A stretch of DNA of 64,000 nucleotides from an uncultured Clostridia bacterium (GTDB lineage Bacteria > Bacillota > Clostridia > TANB77 > CAG-508). This document shows, piece by piece, positions 42,901 to 62,485 of the stretch. Position 1 is the stretch's first letter, and each line of letters begins with the position of its first letter. Below the pieces are notes generated by a model. The model worked only from the letters and a program-made list of their open reading frames with translations. It made no database searches and was not told the origin of the DNA. The position numbers and the translations under genes were made by a program. The DNA is taken from positions 1,428,692-1,492,691 of the forward strand of contig OZ006978.1 of NCBI GenBank assembly GCA_963931155.1. The letters run 5' to 3'.

Positions 42901-45900
42901 TTATAATACGGATTGGAAATCTTATTATAAAATAAATGATTTAAGCAAAGAGTGGCAAGAATACCAATACACATTAACTTTGAGCCAAACAGGGTATTTA
43001 GGATTTTATGTGTTAGAAGGTTATGCAACAGTAGAAATACAAAATTTACAAGTAGAACTTGGTAATAGAAAAACAGATTATGAAGAATTTAAATATGATT
43101 ACAATGCAAATATAGCAGTAACTGTAAGTGATGAAAGAGACGAAATAGCAACAAATGATTACTACATAAGGATATACAAAAACAATGAACAAATCCAAGA
43201 ACTACGTTATGAAGAAATAGGAGAAGACAACAAAGTAGAAAATGCTATAAAAACATACAATATAGAACCAAATGCAAATTACAAAATAGAGCTTTTAGTA
43301 AAAATAGGAGGGAGATACTATGAGCTAGATTCACAGGAATTTACAACAGAAGGAGCAAAAGAAATAAAAGGAATATTTAACTTAAATGACTATTTAAAAA
43401 TACAACCATTCGGCTCATATATTATTTTAAATGATTTAGATATGCAAAATTCTAGTAGTAAATATATTTTTGGAGCGTTTGTGGAAGAAGGTGGTTTTTC
43501 TGGAACCATAGACTATAATGGTAAAAAAATACATATTAGTTCTAATGAATTTTTTGGTCTGTTTAGAAGAATTGAAAAGAATGGAACAATTAAAAATGTT
43601 GTATTTGATATAAATTTTGATAATCCTTCAGATATATCAGAATTTCCTAGTTTAGTTGCCTATAATCATGGAAAAATGGAAAATATACAAATTAATATGT
43701 GGCAATCATCGAATGGTACAGTAGGTTTATATAAAATATTATGTGATTATAATTATGGAGTAGTTGACAATTTTATTATAAATGTAAAAAATGATATAAA
43801 TGTTTTGGGCAGTAGCCAAGTAGGTTTAATACTTAGAAATAATTTTGGAACGGTGAAAAATGGATATATTTATGGGCATGATATTAATGTAACAGAAACA
43901 AATAACGGGTATAAATATTTGGGGATAGTGTCTAACTATGCAAATGCTACAATATCTAATGTTTTTACACTTACAAATATTAATTATTTAAATTCTTTAA
44001 GTGATAATAATACTGCAAACATAGTATACAATAATTACGAGAATGCAACAGTACAAAATGTATATTCTGTTGGTGTTGGAAAGAATACAACAGATTTAAC
44101 ACACGGCCCTAATGTACATGTTAAAGGTTCAAAAAAAGTATATAACAATTATTATTTTGCCGATGAAATATTTACAAGTGAATTAGAAACAAAAGGAAAT
44201 ATGTTATCTTTATGGGATTCAACATTTCAAAACCAAATAATAAATCAAGATGGAGCTTTTATAGTAGATGAACTAGTAAATAAAGGATTTTACCCACAAT
44301 TAAATATGCCAGAATGTATGCCAGCACAAGAGTATATAGAATTACCAGAAGTAAAAGACGCAGACTTACCAGACATATTATCAACTAAAGTATTAGAGCA
44401 AGGCACAAATACAGTAAAAGTAGAATTTAGTGTAAATAATCCATCATCAGAAACAATAAGTAATATACAAATAGAAAATATAGATGTTGATATACTTTCA
44501 CAAGAGTATAATAATGGAAAAAGTACAGTAATAGCAGAATTAAAAAATCCAATAATTTGCGTATCAAGTTACAATGTACTAAGTATAAGTACAAAAGGAG
44601 CATATGGAAGTACATATAAAAGAGAATATGAAAAAGGAGAAAGAGTAATAAATGTAGATCTATATAAGGAAATATGGAATGTAACCGATTGGAAAGCAAT
44701 TGCAGATTCACCAACAGAGAACTATATGTTAATGGAGGATTTGAACTTTATAAATGAAGGAAATTCCATCCACATTTCAGAGATAAGAGGAATATTAAAT
44801 GGAAACGGACATACTGTTTCTAACATACATTTAAATAATGGAGAACCATTGTTTTACATGGTATATGGCACATTAAAGGATATGTATATAAAAAATTATA
44901 TACAAGAAGGAAAGATAACACATGGGGGTATTATAGCCGGATTAGCTTCTGGAAGAATAGATGGAGTACATGTTACAAATGCAGAGGTGAATTCTCAGGA
45001 AAATACTGGTACAGTAATGATCGGAGCTTTGATTGGGGATTGTTGGAATTCTTCAGTTACTAATTGCTCTGTAAACAATTCTTCAGTAAATGTTAATATG
45101 GAAACAGGAACTCTTTACTTGGGTGGGGCTATAGGTCAAGTTCAAAATACAACAATAGATTGTTGTTACACATATAATATTTCTATGAATGATTCTAATG
45201 TTACAAATGCAGGAATTGGAGGTATAATTGGCACAGGTTCATATAACAAAATTACTAATTGCTATTCAGGAGGAAAGATTGTATCTAAAAATATTAATGT
45301 AGGAGGAATATTGGGACTATCAGGTGCAGAAGTAGAAATAGAAAATTGCTATTCAACAGTTAATATATCTACAAATAATATAAATCTAGGAGGAATAATT
45401 GGAAGAAGTACGGCGGTAGATACAGAAGGAATTGTAAACAATTTAAGTATAGGAAAAATATATACAACATCTGGAATAGAAAGCATAAATAGAATAATAG
45501 GAAGTACCACTAATACAACAGATAATAATTATGCATATGAAAAACAATTATTAAATGGATATGCAAGTGAGGAAGAAAAAGGTGCTACTTTATTAACTAA
45601 AGAAGAAGTGCTAAATTTGAATTTGGGAGAAAGCTTTAATTATGATAAAAAGGGGGAAGGAATATTACCAAAGTTATATAATACAGAAGGAACTGAGCTA
45701 TTACCAAATCAACAAGATATATTCTTAGATGATAGTATGGAAGTTGGAAATGTAAATCTAGAAGTTGAAAGCATTGAAACAGCAAAACCAAATACAACTG
45801 AAGCAGAAATAACAGTAAAAATAAAGAATCCAGAAGAAATAGAAATAACAGATTTAGAAATAGAAGATATGGAAGTTGCAGAAGTAACAAGAAACGTAAC

Positions 45901-46639
45901 TCAAAATGGAATAACGAGTATAACAGTAAGAGCAACTCCAATAAGATATTTTGATAATTATAAATTAACCGCAATAAAATATAAGATGGATAGCATAGAA
46001 GAACAATCAAAAGAGATAGAACTAGAAATACCAGTACAATTTTATAAAGAAATATACACATACGAAGATTGGCAGTCTATAGAAGAAGGAATATATCAAA
46101 ATTATAGGTTGATGGCAGATATAGACTTTACAGGAAAGCCAAGTATAAAAAATAATATAAAAGTGAATAGGCTAGAAGCAGAAAATAAAATATATACATT
46201 AAAAAATATAAAACTAGAATTTAGTGATGCAAATACAGGATTAATAAACAATGTAAAGACAAGAATAAAAAATATAGGATTTGAAAACATAATATTAACT
46301 AATATAGCCTCTACAGGCAATTATTTTGGAATTATATCTACAAATGGTGGAATTATTGATAATGTAAAATTTAGCAATATAACAATTGAAGCACAAAAAA
46401 TGAACTATGTTGGAATAGTTGGAAGTTTTGTGTTCGGAGAAGTAACAAATGTAGAAATGGAAAACATTAACGTAAATGGTAATTCTTATATTGGTGGTTT
46501 AGCCGGAGAATGTAACTATAATGTTAATAATGTAAAGGCAAAAGATATTCATGTTACAGCTGTAGATAACTATGCTGGAGGAATTATGGGAATAACTACT
46601 GGTCCAACTCGGAAATCCAATTTATCAAGAAAATATTAA
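39926..46639 (+). CDS. Giant GLUG-repeat surface protein, paralog 2, N-terminal 2237-aa fragment. It has its own GTG start, so it is uncoupled from the leader repeat. It ends at a +1 frameshift.
   Basis: It is homologous throughout to paralogs 1 and 3. The reading frame switches from frame 2 to frame 0 within 46596-46620 (AAA/AAAA homopolymer). Confidence 0.8.
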   Translation: MRKDRINKIQVNNKKKRKEKRGLNNKGKGKRINVKNLPTFILIGLILMIIIIAIIYYVFLRYAPEQIITYSGYAIEGQALAENLKNSDISNVKPYLDLVEVQENDLLYKRLNSYYVGEDDKKEIDINYPIYINNGNALLNIGKNTKLITVNYEEVEGYPEFMMTDGVMYNGADLTRADGNKYIFLKSEDEIYTNVGAIKITTVSNTYNIKEFSNIYFTENAITYYEMEDGYLQYKRIDDVDKNSKIEVNGESLTYKTFLERLGIIDTEENNSNDKKDNETEEANKINENTVEEPEQVNEENSIDENNNTNDSTENKQEENQEPEWQEGMWEKPEVSCTDFEGEVYTIRTNLSVRDRAGVITRGITFEIYLDGRLNRRVQASQAGILEITNLRPSSEYEIRGIFYYNDKNGVEQEEEFYTGKVTTKSIDTLGTLDFSFQNGKIYSNKIELIHLKLNNNIDEEVIKGISRLQIEIGDIAYRLSNNQVNDIKAGKEITYQTSESLTSNSRIKYKITAFDRFGNELKEKNNEGETITSKQMPTASIRPTKQDVTEIEIEVTLNNKDNVKLENYRYEITNQSGEVVKSGALGKNDNGTDGGNSNEGENIKDGTKETLKFNDLDPNGYYQIVIYGDYDLEDGTGIKENAELGRGSFVTRPIASLGYMQVKIDDKEITQNSMNLGISIDENQTDARLLAILDKVEVVIYDQGKNSDQINQGQEEQSKETEVQRITFTKEQVQQLKVAEEVEQDLERLNSNTIYRIDVITTVKQGTVEEIVEDKQNIEQLITLKMPAEVQIKNQFVIGTMIDLDMRIEDLDNAVLTNKVRIEVRDKDNKLIDLSEMQTNADYERKTYEDLTPNEEYRIIVYAPQYNIGSTDETYEADYILKEIKIVTETGISGKLDLIGLEKAPTGKNLVDVSSKVNWFERCFDLSYSYGINYDENTKILKLGEKLSDSMKKKDYYDLSEYLGQEVTISFKARTENNAKLEVIEKLNNDFYNTDWKSYYKINDLSKEWQEYQYTLTLSQTGYLGFYVLEGYATVEIQNLQVELGNRKTDYEEFKYDYNANIAVTVSDERDEIATNDYYIRIYKNNEQIQELRYEEIGEDNKVENAIKTYNIEPNANYKIELLVKIGGRYYELDSQEFTTEGAKEIKGIFNLNDYLKIQPFGSYIILNDLDMQNSSSKYIFGAFVEEGGFSGTIDYNGKKIHISSNEFFGLFRRIEKNGTIKNVVFDINFDNPSDISEFPSLVAYNHGKMENIQINMWQSSNGTVGLYKILCDYNYGVVDNFIINVKNDINVLGSSQVGLILRNNFGTVKNGYIYGHDINVTETNNGYKYLGIVSNYANATISNVFTLTNINYLNSLSDNNTANIVYNNYENATVQNVYSVGVGKNTTDLTHGPNVHVKGSKKVYNNYYFADEIFTSELETKGNMLSLWDSTFQNQIINQDGAFIVDELVNKGFYPQLNMPECMPAQEYIELPEVKDADLPDILSTKVLEQGTNTVKVEFSVNNPSSETISNIQIENIDVDILSQEYNNGKSTVIAELKNPIICVSSYNVLSISTKGAYGSTYKREYEKGERVINVDLYKEIWNVTDWKAIADSPTENYMLMEDLNFINEGNSIHISEIRGILNGNGHTVSNIHLNNGEPLFYMVYGTLKDMYIKNYIQEGKITHGGIIAGLASGRIDGVHVTNAEVNSQENTGTVMIGALIGDCWNSSVTNCSVNNSSVNVNMETGTLYLGGAIGQVQNTTIDCCYTYNISMNDSNVTNAGIGGIIGTGSYNKITNCYSGGKIVSKNINVGGILGLSGAEVEIENCYSTVNISTNNINLGGIIGRSTAVDTEGIVNNLSIGKIYTTSGIESINRIIGSTTNTTDNNYAYEKQLLNGYASEEEKGATLLTKEEVLNLNLGESFNYDKKGEGILPKLYNTEGTELLPNQQDIFLDDSMEVGNVNLEVESIETAKPNTTEAEITVKIKNPEEIEITDLEIEDMEVAEVTRNVTQNGITSITVRATPIRYFDNYKLTAIKYKMDSIEEQSKEIELEIPVQFYKEIYTYEDWQSIEEGIYQNYRLMADIDFTGKPSIKNNIKVNRLEAENKIYTLKNIKLEFSDANTGLINNVKTRIKNIGFENIILTNIASTGNYFGIISTNGGIIDNVKFSNITIEAQKMNYVGIVGSFVFGEVTNVEMENINVNGNSYIGGLAGECNYNVNNVKAKDIHVTAVDNYAGGIMGITTGPTRKSNLSRKY

Positions 46640-49358
46640 TATAACTAATTCAGAAGTAACAGGAAAATCCTATATAGGAGGAATAGTTGGAGACTGTTAT
46701 GAAACAGTTTTAGAATATAGTAATATTAAGGGTAGTTCAATAACAGGAACTAGTTATGTAGGCGGAATGTGTGGAAGAAAAAGATTGCCAAATTTAAATC
46801 ATTGCTTAGATAATATAGTAGATGATTGTAACATTTATGGAAGTCAGGGCTATGTTGGTGGAATAATGGGCTACAGTGATTGTTATGAAAACTCCGCAAT
46901 TGTAAAAAATACAAATATAATTGGAACAAGTGTTGATTGTGATCAAGTAGGAGGAATTGCAGGAGGTACGACTTATTTATTATTTTACTGCAATGTTAAT
47001 AATTGCACAATAAGATCATTAGGAAACAAGGTTGGCGGTATAGTTGGAGGATATTATGGTGCTAATGAAGCTCATGCACCTCAGGAATGTTTTGTTGGTC
47101 AGACAAATATAGAAGGAAATGCGATGGTTGGAGGTTTAATGGGAGTATTTACACAAGGGCCACTAAATGGAAGTTTGGTAAACGCTAACATTAAAGCAAT
47201 TTCACACTCGGCTGGAGGTTTAATAGGAATGTTAGATAATTCTAACATGACTACGATTTCATATAGAAGTAAGATTTCAAATTGTGGTATAGCATCTTCA
47301 AATATATCTTCAAAAGCTAATGTGGGTGGTATTATAGGAAATGTATCAAAAACTTTAGCAAAGGAAGGAGAATATTACAAAAACATATATGTTGACGCAA
47401 CATTACAATCTGAAGATAAAGATAGTGTATCTATGGGAATTGGTAATTCAAAAATCAGTAACGAAAATATAATAAATACTTATATTTATAAGTATAGTAA
47501 AATAAATGATGAATATATAAATGAAATAATAGATACATATAAACAAGAACAGTATGTAAATGGAGATGATTTAAGATTAGAACAAACATATAGAAGTACA
47601 TTCGGATGGAATGGACATTATTCATACATACCTTTACAAAGTGATTCTTATCCAACACCTAAAAATGTAAAAAATGCAACAGACGTGAAATTGCCAACAG
47701 ACCCAGAAATTACAGAAATAAGTTCATTGAATGATACAGAAGATAAAAACAATGCTACAACACAAAATAATATAACAGCACAAAACAATATAGAAACTGA
47801 AAATAAAGTAACACTACCAAATTGTACAGTATATCCAGTTTCTGTTAATGAAATAAACGTAGATTTTAGTGGAGTAGTAAATAATTATAATGAGAAAGTA
47901 CATACTAAAATTGCCAATGAACAACAAGCAGGACAAAGTTCAAAGTATCAAAACTCATTAACAAAATTCGCATACTTCATCAATGGACAAGAACTAGAAA
48001 CAGTAGAATTAAGCAATAGCACAAATCAAACATATACGTTCAAATATAATTTTAAGGACACAATAGAAATAAAACTAAGCAATGGACAAGAAGAAAAGAT
48101 AATCACAATAACACCAGACGATGTAAGAAGTGAAGCAAGTTTAGTTGGAGGAAACAATGCATACTTACTTGGAACAAATCTATACATTAATGGAAAAATA
48201 CAACAAGGAGAATATGTAAATGTATATGAAGGATATGCTTTAAGAAAAGATGGCACAGTTATGAACATTGTTACAGGCGAATTTGTGGAAAATACAGGTG
48301 CAGATTCAAGTAATAATGTAAATTCTTCGCAAACTTATCTAGAACAAGATAAAGAAACATATTTAGAACAAACACCAAAGCCACTTCATACATACGATTA
48401 CAAAGGAAACACAATAGAAGTATATGGAACATACAGCAAAATAAACGGAAATATAAAACTGCAAGTATACAATGTGAGAAGCGGAAAACTATCAGCACTT
48501 TCAAATTCACTAGATATGAAAATTGGAAACAGCATAACAGATAATTACAACAATAAAGAATACCAAACAATACTAAATACTTCAGGAGAATTAGTAGACT
48601 TAAAAGAAATGCTAAAATATCCAGATAATTTCTTAACAAGAAATATAAAACAAATAGAACAAAATACAGATGAAGAAAAAACAGAAGTAATGGTGCTATA
48701 TAACACAGGCAAAGTAATAGTATTCAATTATGTAAGTGGAGAAGTAGTATATGAGAATAACGAGAAATCAGATGAAGGACTAACAGATTATATTGCAGGA
48801 AGTATAGAGAATATATGGAATGACTACGAAGAAAAACAGCAAGAATATGCAAAAAGTAAAGAGCTAGAGCAAAAGCTGGCAGAATTACCTGTAGAAAAAG
48901 CCATTGAGCGAGTAAACGGAAATGCTCAAAACAACAATAACCAAAGTGAAAATGAAAATAATTTAAGTAGCAATGGCTCAACTTCAAATGTTGCAAATAA
49001 TTCAAACAACGGAAATACAACTAGTTCAAGCGATAAAAACAATACAGAAAGTTCAACAAATTCATCAAGTACAAACTCAAACAACGACTATATAACCGTA
49101 TACAATGCAGAAACAGGAGAATACGAAGTATATAGTGAAGACGAAATACTAAACGAAATCGATGAAACACCAGTATCAGAAACAGAAAAAATAACACAAA
49201 ACGGACTAGAAGGAATATATGGGTATAATGCAAAAGAAGAAACAAAACCACAAACAAATGGAGCAATAATAGTGATATCAACAATTGTTGTGGTTATGTT
49301 AGCATTAGTTATTTTAAGAAAGATTGTGGTGAAAAAGAATACAAAAAACAATGTATAA
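46596..49358 (+). CDS. Giant surface protein paralog 2, C-terminal fragment (continues in frame 0 from 46596; the track ORF starts at 46767)
   Basis: The translation upstream of 46767 (..IYQENINITNSEVTGKSYIGGIVGD..) is still GLUG-repeat sequence. The C-terminal region and TM anchor are conserved with paralogs 1 and 3. Confidence 0.8.
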   Translation, partial: LLVQLGNPIYQENINITNSEVTGKSYIGGIVGDCYETVLEYSNIKGSSITGTSYVGGMCGRKRLPNLNHCLDNIVDDCNIYGSQGYVGGIMGYSDCYENSAIVKNTNIIGTSVDCDQVGGIAGGTTYLLFYCNVNNCTIRSLGNKVGGIVGGYYGANEAHAPQECFVGQTNIEGNAMVGGLMGVFTQGPLNGSLVNANIKAISHSAGGLIGMLDNSNMTTISYRSKISNCGIASSNISSKANVGGIIGNVSKTLAKEGEYYKNIYVDATLQSEDKDSVSMGIGNSKISNENIINTYIYKYSKINDEYINEIIDTYKQEQYVNGDDLRLEQTYRSTFGWNGHYSYIPLQSDSYPTPKNVKNATDVKLPTDPEITEISSLNDTEDKNNATTQNNITAQNNIETENKVTLPNCTVYPVSVNEINVDFSGVVNNYNEKVHTKIANEQQAGQSSKYQNSLTKFAYFINGQELETVELSNSTNQTYTFKYNFKDTIEIKLSNGQEEKIITITPDDVRSEASLVGGNNAYLLGTNLYINGKIQQGEYVNVYEGYALRKDGTVMNIVTGEFVENTGADSSNNVNSSQTYLEQDKETYLEQTPKPLHTYDYKGNTIEVYGTYSKINGNIKLQVYNVRSGKLSALSNSLDMKIGNSITDNYNNKEYQTILNTSGELVDLKEMLKYPDNFLTRNIKQIEQNTDEEKTEVMVLYNTGKVIVFNYVSGEVVYENNEKSDEGLTDYIAGSIENIWNDYEEKQQEYAKSKELEQKLAELPVEKAIERVNGNAQNNNNQSENENNLSSNGSTSNVANNSNNGNTTSSSDKNNTESSTNSSSTNSNNDYITVYNAETGEYEVYSEDEILNEIDETPVSETEKITQNGLEGIYGYNAKEETKPQTNGAIIVISTIVVVMLALVILRKIVVKKNTKNNV

Positions 49359-49415
49359 ATTATGTTTTTTTACATATAATATATTCAACGCATAATTCCA
49401 ATACACATCAAAATA

Positions 49416-49449
49416 AACGAGCAATGGAAACATTTTTCCATTGCTCGTT
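49416..49449 (+). terminator. Perfect 12-bp hairpin (AACGAGCAATGG..CCATTGCTCGTT) after giant gene 2. There is no 3' T-run on the plus strand, and the stem overlaps the -35 of the next promoter.
   Basis: Read from the sequence. Its role as a terminator is uncertain. Confidence 0.35.
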
Positions 49450-49476
49450 GACACAATACAATAATTGTTGTATACT
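49448..49476 (+). promoter_or_regulatory. Promoter of the second COG1373 ATPase gene
   Basis: TTGACA, 17 nt, TATACT, with RBS GAGGTG upstream of the ATG at 49496. Confidence 0.5.
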
Positions 49477-49495
49477 ATAAGTAGAGGTGAAAACT

Positions 49496-50701
49496 ATGAT
49501 ACAAAGAGATATCTATTTGAAAAAACTTATAGATTTTAGAGATAAAGATTTAATTAAAATTGTAACAGGAATTAGAAGATGCGGTAAATCTACTTTATTT
49601 GATATATATATTAACTATTTAAAAGAACAAGGAGTACAGGAAGATCAAATAATAAAACTAAATCTAGAAAGTCAAGAATATAATTTTGAAAGTTATGTTG
49701 AACTATATAACTATATAAGTAAAAGATTAGTTAAAAGCAAAAAAAATTATGTTTTTATAGATGAAGTTCAACGTGTAGATGAATTTCAAAAGACTATAGA
49801 TAGTTTATATATAGATAAAAATATTGATTTATATATAACAGGTTCAAATGCATATCTTTTATCTGGAGAATTAGCAACTCTAATTTCAGGCAGATATGTA
49901 GAAATAAAAATGTTACCATTATCTTTCAAAGAATATATGTCAGCCTTTAACGAAAATATAGATAAACAAGAAAAATTATTAGATTATTTAAAATACGGTT
50001 CATTGCCACTAACAGTAGAATTATTTAAAACAAATCCAGATATAATCGAAAGTTATATAGATGGAGTGTTTTCAACTGTTATATATAAGGATGTAATGCA
50101 AAGAAATAATATAAATAATAAAATGTTATTAGAAAGTATTATAAAATACATTTTTAGTAACATAGGAAGTCAAATAACTACTAAAAAAATAAGTGACACA
50201 TTAACAAGTATGAATAGAGCTACAAGTAATCATACAGTAGAAAATTATATTTCAGCATTAATAGATGCATTTTTGTTATATAAAGTTGATAGATTTGACG
50301 CCAAAGGAAAAAATGTCCTTGCAAGTGGGTACAAGTATTACATTGCAGATATAGGATTTAGAGCACATATGCTTGGAAAAAAAGCTGGACAAGATATGGG
50401 ACATATATTGGAAAATATAGTTTATTTGGAATTGTTAAGAAGAGGATATAAAGTATATACGGGAAAAATAGAGAATTTAGAAATAGATTTTGTAGCTGAA
50501 AATAAAAATGGGCTAGAATATTATCAGGTATCATTAACTACGAGAGATGAGAAAACATTAGAAAGAGAATTAAAGCCATTGCAAAAAACGGGAGACTTTT
50601 ATCCTAAATATTTGTTAACAATGGAAAGAGATTTAGAAGCAGACTATAATGGAATAAGGAAAATAAATATAATAGATTGGTTGCTTGAAGAAAAAATCTA
50701 A
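49496..50701 (+). CDS. AAA+ ATPase of the COG1373 family (second copy, divergent from 38164-39471)
   Basis: Walker A GIRRCGKST and Walker B VFIDEVQ, and the same domain layout. Confidence 0.8.
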   Translation: MIQRDIYLKKLIDFRDKDLIKIVTGIRRCGKSTLFDIYINYLKEQGVQEDQIIKLNLESQEYNFESYVELYNYISKRLVKSKKNYVFIDEVQRVDEFQKTIDSLYIDKNIDLYITGSNAYLLSGELATLISGRYVEIKMLPLSFKEYMSAFNENIDKQEKLLDYLKYGSLPLTVELFKTNPDIIESYIDGVFSTVIYKDVMQRNNINNKMLLESIIKYIFSNIGSQITTKKISDTLTSMNRATSNHTVENYISALIDAFLLYKVDRFDAKGKNVLASGYKYYIADIGFRAHMLGKKAGQDMGHILENIVYLELLRRGYKVYTGKIENLEIDFVAENKNGLEYYQVSLTTRDEKTLERELKPLQKTGDFYPKYLLTMERDLEADYNGIRKINIIDWLLEEKI

Positions 50702-50733
50702 AAAGGTTATAAGTAGAAAACTAAAAAATAGTA

Positions 50734-50761
50734 TTCCAATTTAAAATAATTATGATATAAT
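50734..50761 (+). promoter_or_regulatory. Promoter of giant gene copy 3 (the same block as at 28564-28590)
   Basis: TTCCAA -35 and TGATATAAT. Confidence 0.5.
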
Positions 50762-50933
50762 AAAAATGCCATTGGGTTCACTTCACAGACTCCTTGGCAC
50801 AAGAAACAAAAAACAATAATTTTTTAACAAAACAGAACTAAAGTATGAATTTTAGTATTTGAGAAAAAATGATTGCAAAGATAAAGTAAAAAAACTTGAA
50901 AAACAAAAAACAAATGAAAGGAAAGAGTAAAAA

Positions 50934-60592
<9,659 letters not shown>

Positions 60593-60656
60593 AAATATAT
60601 AAATATAGTAATTTTTTATAAAATATGTTATACTTATGTTGAATTTGATTAGGTAG

Positions 60657-61019
60657 GTGGTAAAATTGCCAAATATTCCAAAAAAAATCAATAGTATTAT
60701 AGAAGAATTTATTAAAGGTGTAAAAGAAATTCTTGGAGAAAGAATGAAAAAAATTATTCTTTATGGTTCGTATGCAAGAGGAGATTATAATAAAAATTCT
60801 GATATAGATATAATGATTTTAACAGATTTAAATGACGATGAAATAATAAAATATAGGGATAAAATATGGGAATTAGCATATAATATTGAATTTGATAACA
60901 ATTTTGATATTGCAATATCACCATTAATAAAGAATATAGATAAATTTCAATATTTGTTAGAAGCATTACCATTTTATATAAATATTCAAAAAGAAGGGGT
61001 GGTGCTAAGTGAGTCCTAA
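60657..61019 (+). CDS. Minimal nucleotidyltransferase (MNT), the antitoxin-type partner of HEPN
   Basis: GSYARGDYNKNSDIDI nucleotidyltransferase motif, 120 aa, overlapping the downstream HEPN gene. Confidence 0.8.
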   Translation: MVKLPNIPKKINSIIEEFIKGVKEILGERMKKIILYGSYARGDYNKNSDIDIMILTDLNDDEIIKYRDKIWELAYNIEFDNNFDIAISPLIKNIDKFQYLLEALPFYINIQKEGVVLSES

Positions 61020-61410
61020 AATTTCAAAAGAATTATCTAAACATAGATTAGAACAAGCAAAAGAAGATTTAAAAGCAAGTAAAGTATTGTATGATGCAAA
61101 ATTATATAAATCAGCTAATAATAGAGCATATTATTCTATATTTCATAGTATGAAAGCAGTTTTGGTATTAGAACCAATAGATTTCAAAAGACACAAAGAT
61201 GTAATAGCATATTTCAATAAAAATTATATACATACAGGAATATTTCCTAAAGATATGGGAAGAAGAATTTCAAATGCAAGTAGAATAAGAGAAGATAGTG
61301 ATTATGATGATGAATTTGTAGTAAATCCAGAAGATACACTAGCTCAAATAAAGACCGCTGAAGAAATTATAAAGTTAGCAGAAAACTATATTGATAACAA
61401 AGAAATATAA
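61009..61410 (+). CDS. HEPN domain protein (toxin-type partner)
   Basis: Rx6H motif (RAYYSIFH), ~130 aa, helical. Gene order MNT then HEPN with an 11-bp overlap. Confidence 0.7.
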   Translation: MSPKISKELSKHRLEQAKEDLKASKVLYDAKLYKSANNRAYYSIFHSMKAVLVLEPIDFKRHKDVIAYFNKNYIHTGIFPKDMGRRISNASRIREDSDYDDEFVVNPEDTLAQIKTAEEIIKLAENYIDNKEI

Positions 61411-61416
61411 AAATTA

Positions 61417-61455
61417 TGTGGGGTTTATTAATAACTAGACCTCACATTTTTATTG
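61417..61455 (+). terminator. Rho-independent terminator
   Basis: TGTGGGGT-loop-ACCTCACA then TTTTT. Confidence 0.6.
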
Positions 61456-61770
61456 AAAAGAAAATATTCTTAAAAAATGCCAGATATATATGAAAATGTA
61501 AAAAATAAATGAATAAGTTTTTACATTTTCTTGACATAGTACAAAAAATACAGTTTTACATGGATTGTTTAGAAGGAAAATTATTTAATTTTAGGGACAA
61601 TGTAACAGGATTGGAAGCAGATTCAATATTAGAGTTTAGTAATGGAGAATATGCCATAGTACAAATGTGCCATTGGAGACAGACCCTTTTGGCATTCGTT
61701 TATTCATGATAGAATATATTAAAAAAATTATATAAAAAATTAAAAAATAATGCTAAAATTAAAAAAGTTA

Positions 61771-61779
61771 TGGTATAAT
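61771..61779 (+). promoter_or_regulatory. Extended -10 (TGgTATAAT) upstream of the orphan (AC)n leader
   Basis: Read from the sequence. The -35 is weak. Confidence 0.35.
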
Positions 61780-61813
61780 AATTTTGATAAAAAGAAGAAA
61801 GGAAAAAAGAAAA

Positions 61814-62044
61814 ATGAGCAAGCTTGAAAGCCTTGGCGCTGTACACACACACACACACACACACACAATATGTTCTTACCAAAAGGAATGTTGGAAACAA
61901 AGTACAAGAATAGATAGAAGATTCTTCGAAGGAAGAATCCTATTAAGCATGCTTACAATAAATAATTATATAGATAACAAAGGTAAAACAGGGATAGACT
62001 GTATTACTGTAGGTGTTCGAAAAAGAGCACTTATGGCAATATAG
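61814..62044 (+). CDS. Orphan leader-peptide ORF containing (AC)12, encoding (HT)n and reading into its own terminator
   Basis: ATG with an AG-rich RBS. The peptide is MSKLESLGAV(HT)n..RRFFEGRILL..GKTGIDCITV..*. It has the same hairpin and terminator modules as the copy-2 and copy-4 leaders. Confidence 0.45.
   Translation: MSKLESLGAVHTHTHTHTICSYQKECWKQSTRIDRRFFEGRILLSMLTINNYIDNKGKTGIDCITVGVRKRALMAI
61843..61867 (+). repeat. (AC)12 microsatellite
   Basis: Direct reading of the sequence. Confidence 0.95.
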
Positions 62045-62057
62045 CCTATCCTTTTTT
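61991..62057 (+). terminator. Leader-associated intrinsic terminator (GGGATAG...CCTATCC then T6)
   Basis: The same outer stem as in the copy-2 and copy-4 leaders, with a different inner helix. Confidence 0.6.
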
Positions 62058-62207
62058 GTGCTTATTTTTCTGAAATGAAAATAAATACATCACTAGACAA
62101 GAAAAAGTTTAATACGGAAATTAAGAAAATCACGTAATACAACTAAAAAGAGAAGCTAAAAAAAGCTTGAAAAACAAGGAAAAAGAAGAAAAGGAGACTA
62201 GAAAGAA

Positions 62208-62429
<222 letters not shown>

Positions 62430-62485
62430 AAAGTAAGTGTTTAAAGAAAAATAAGAAATCAAAAGCAGAAAGGAATTGAGGTATA

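Noticed and set aside
49416-49449. The perfect 12-bp hairpin after giant gene 2 read as a minus-strand terminator (a T-run follows on the minus strand)
   Set aside because: There is no minus-strand gene whose transcript it could end. It is more likely a plus-strand I-shaped terminator or insulator overlapping the next -35.
61509-61709. 66-aa ORF between the HEPN gene terminator and the (AC)n leader
   Set aside because: It has no convincing RBS or promoter and no recognisable features. It lies in an AT-rich spacer. I kept it out of the feature list.
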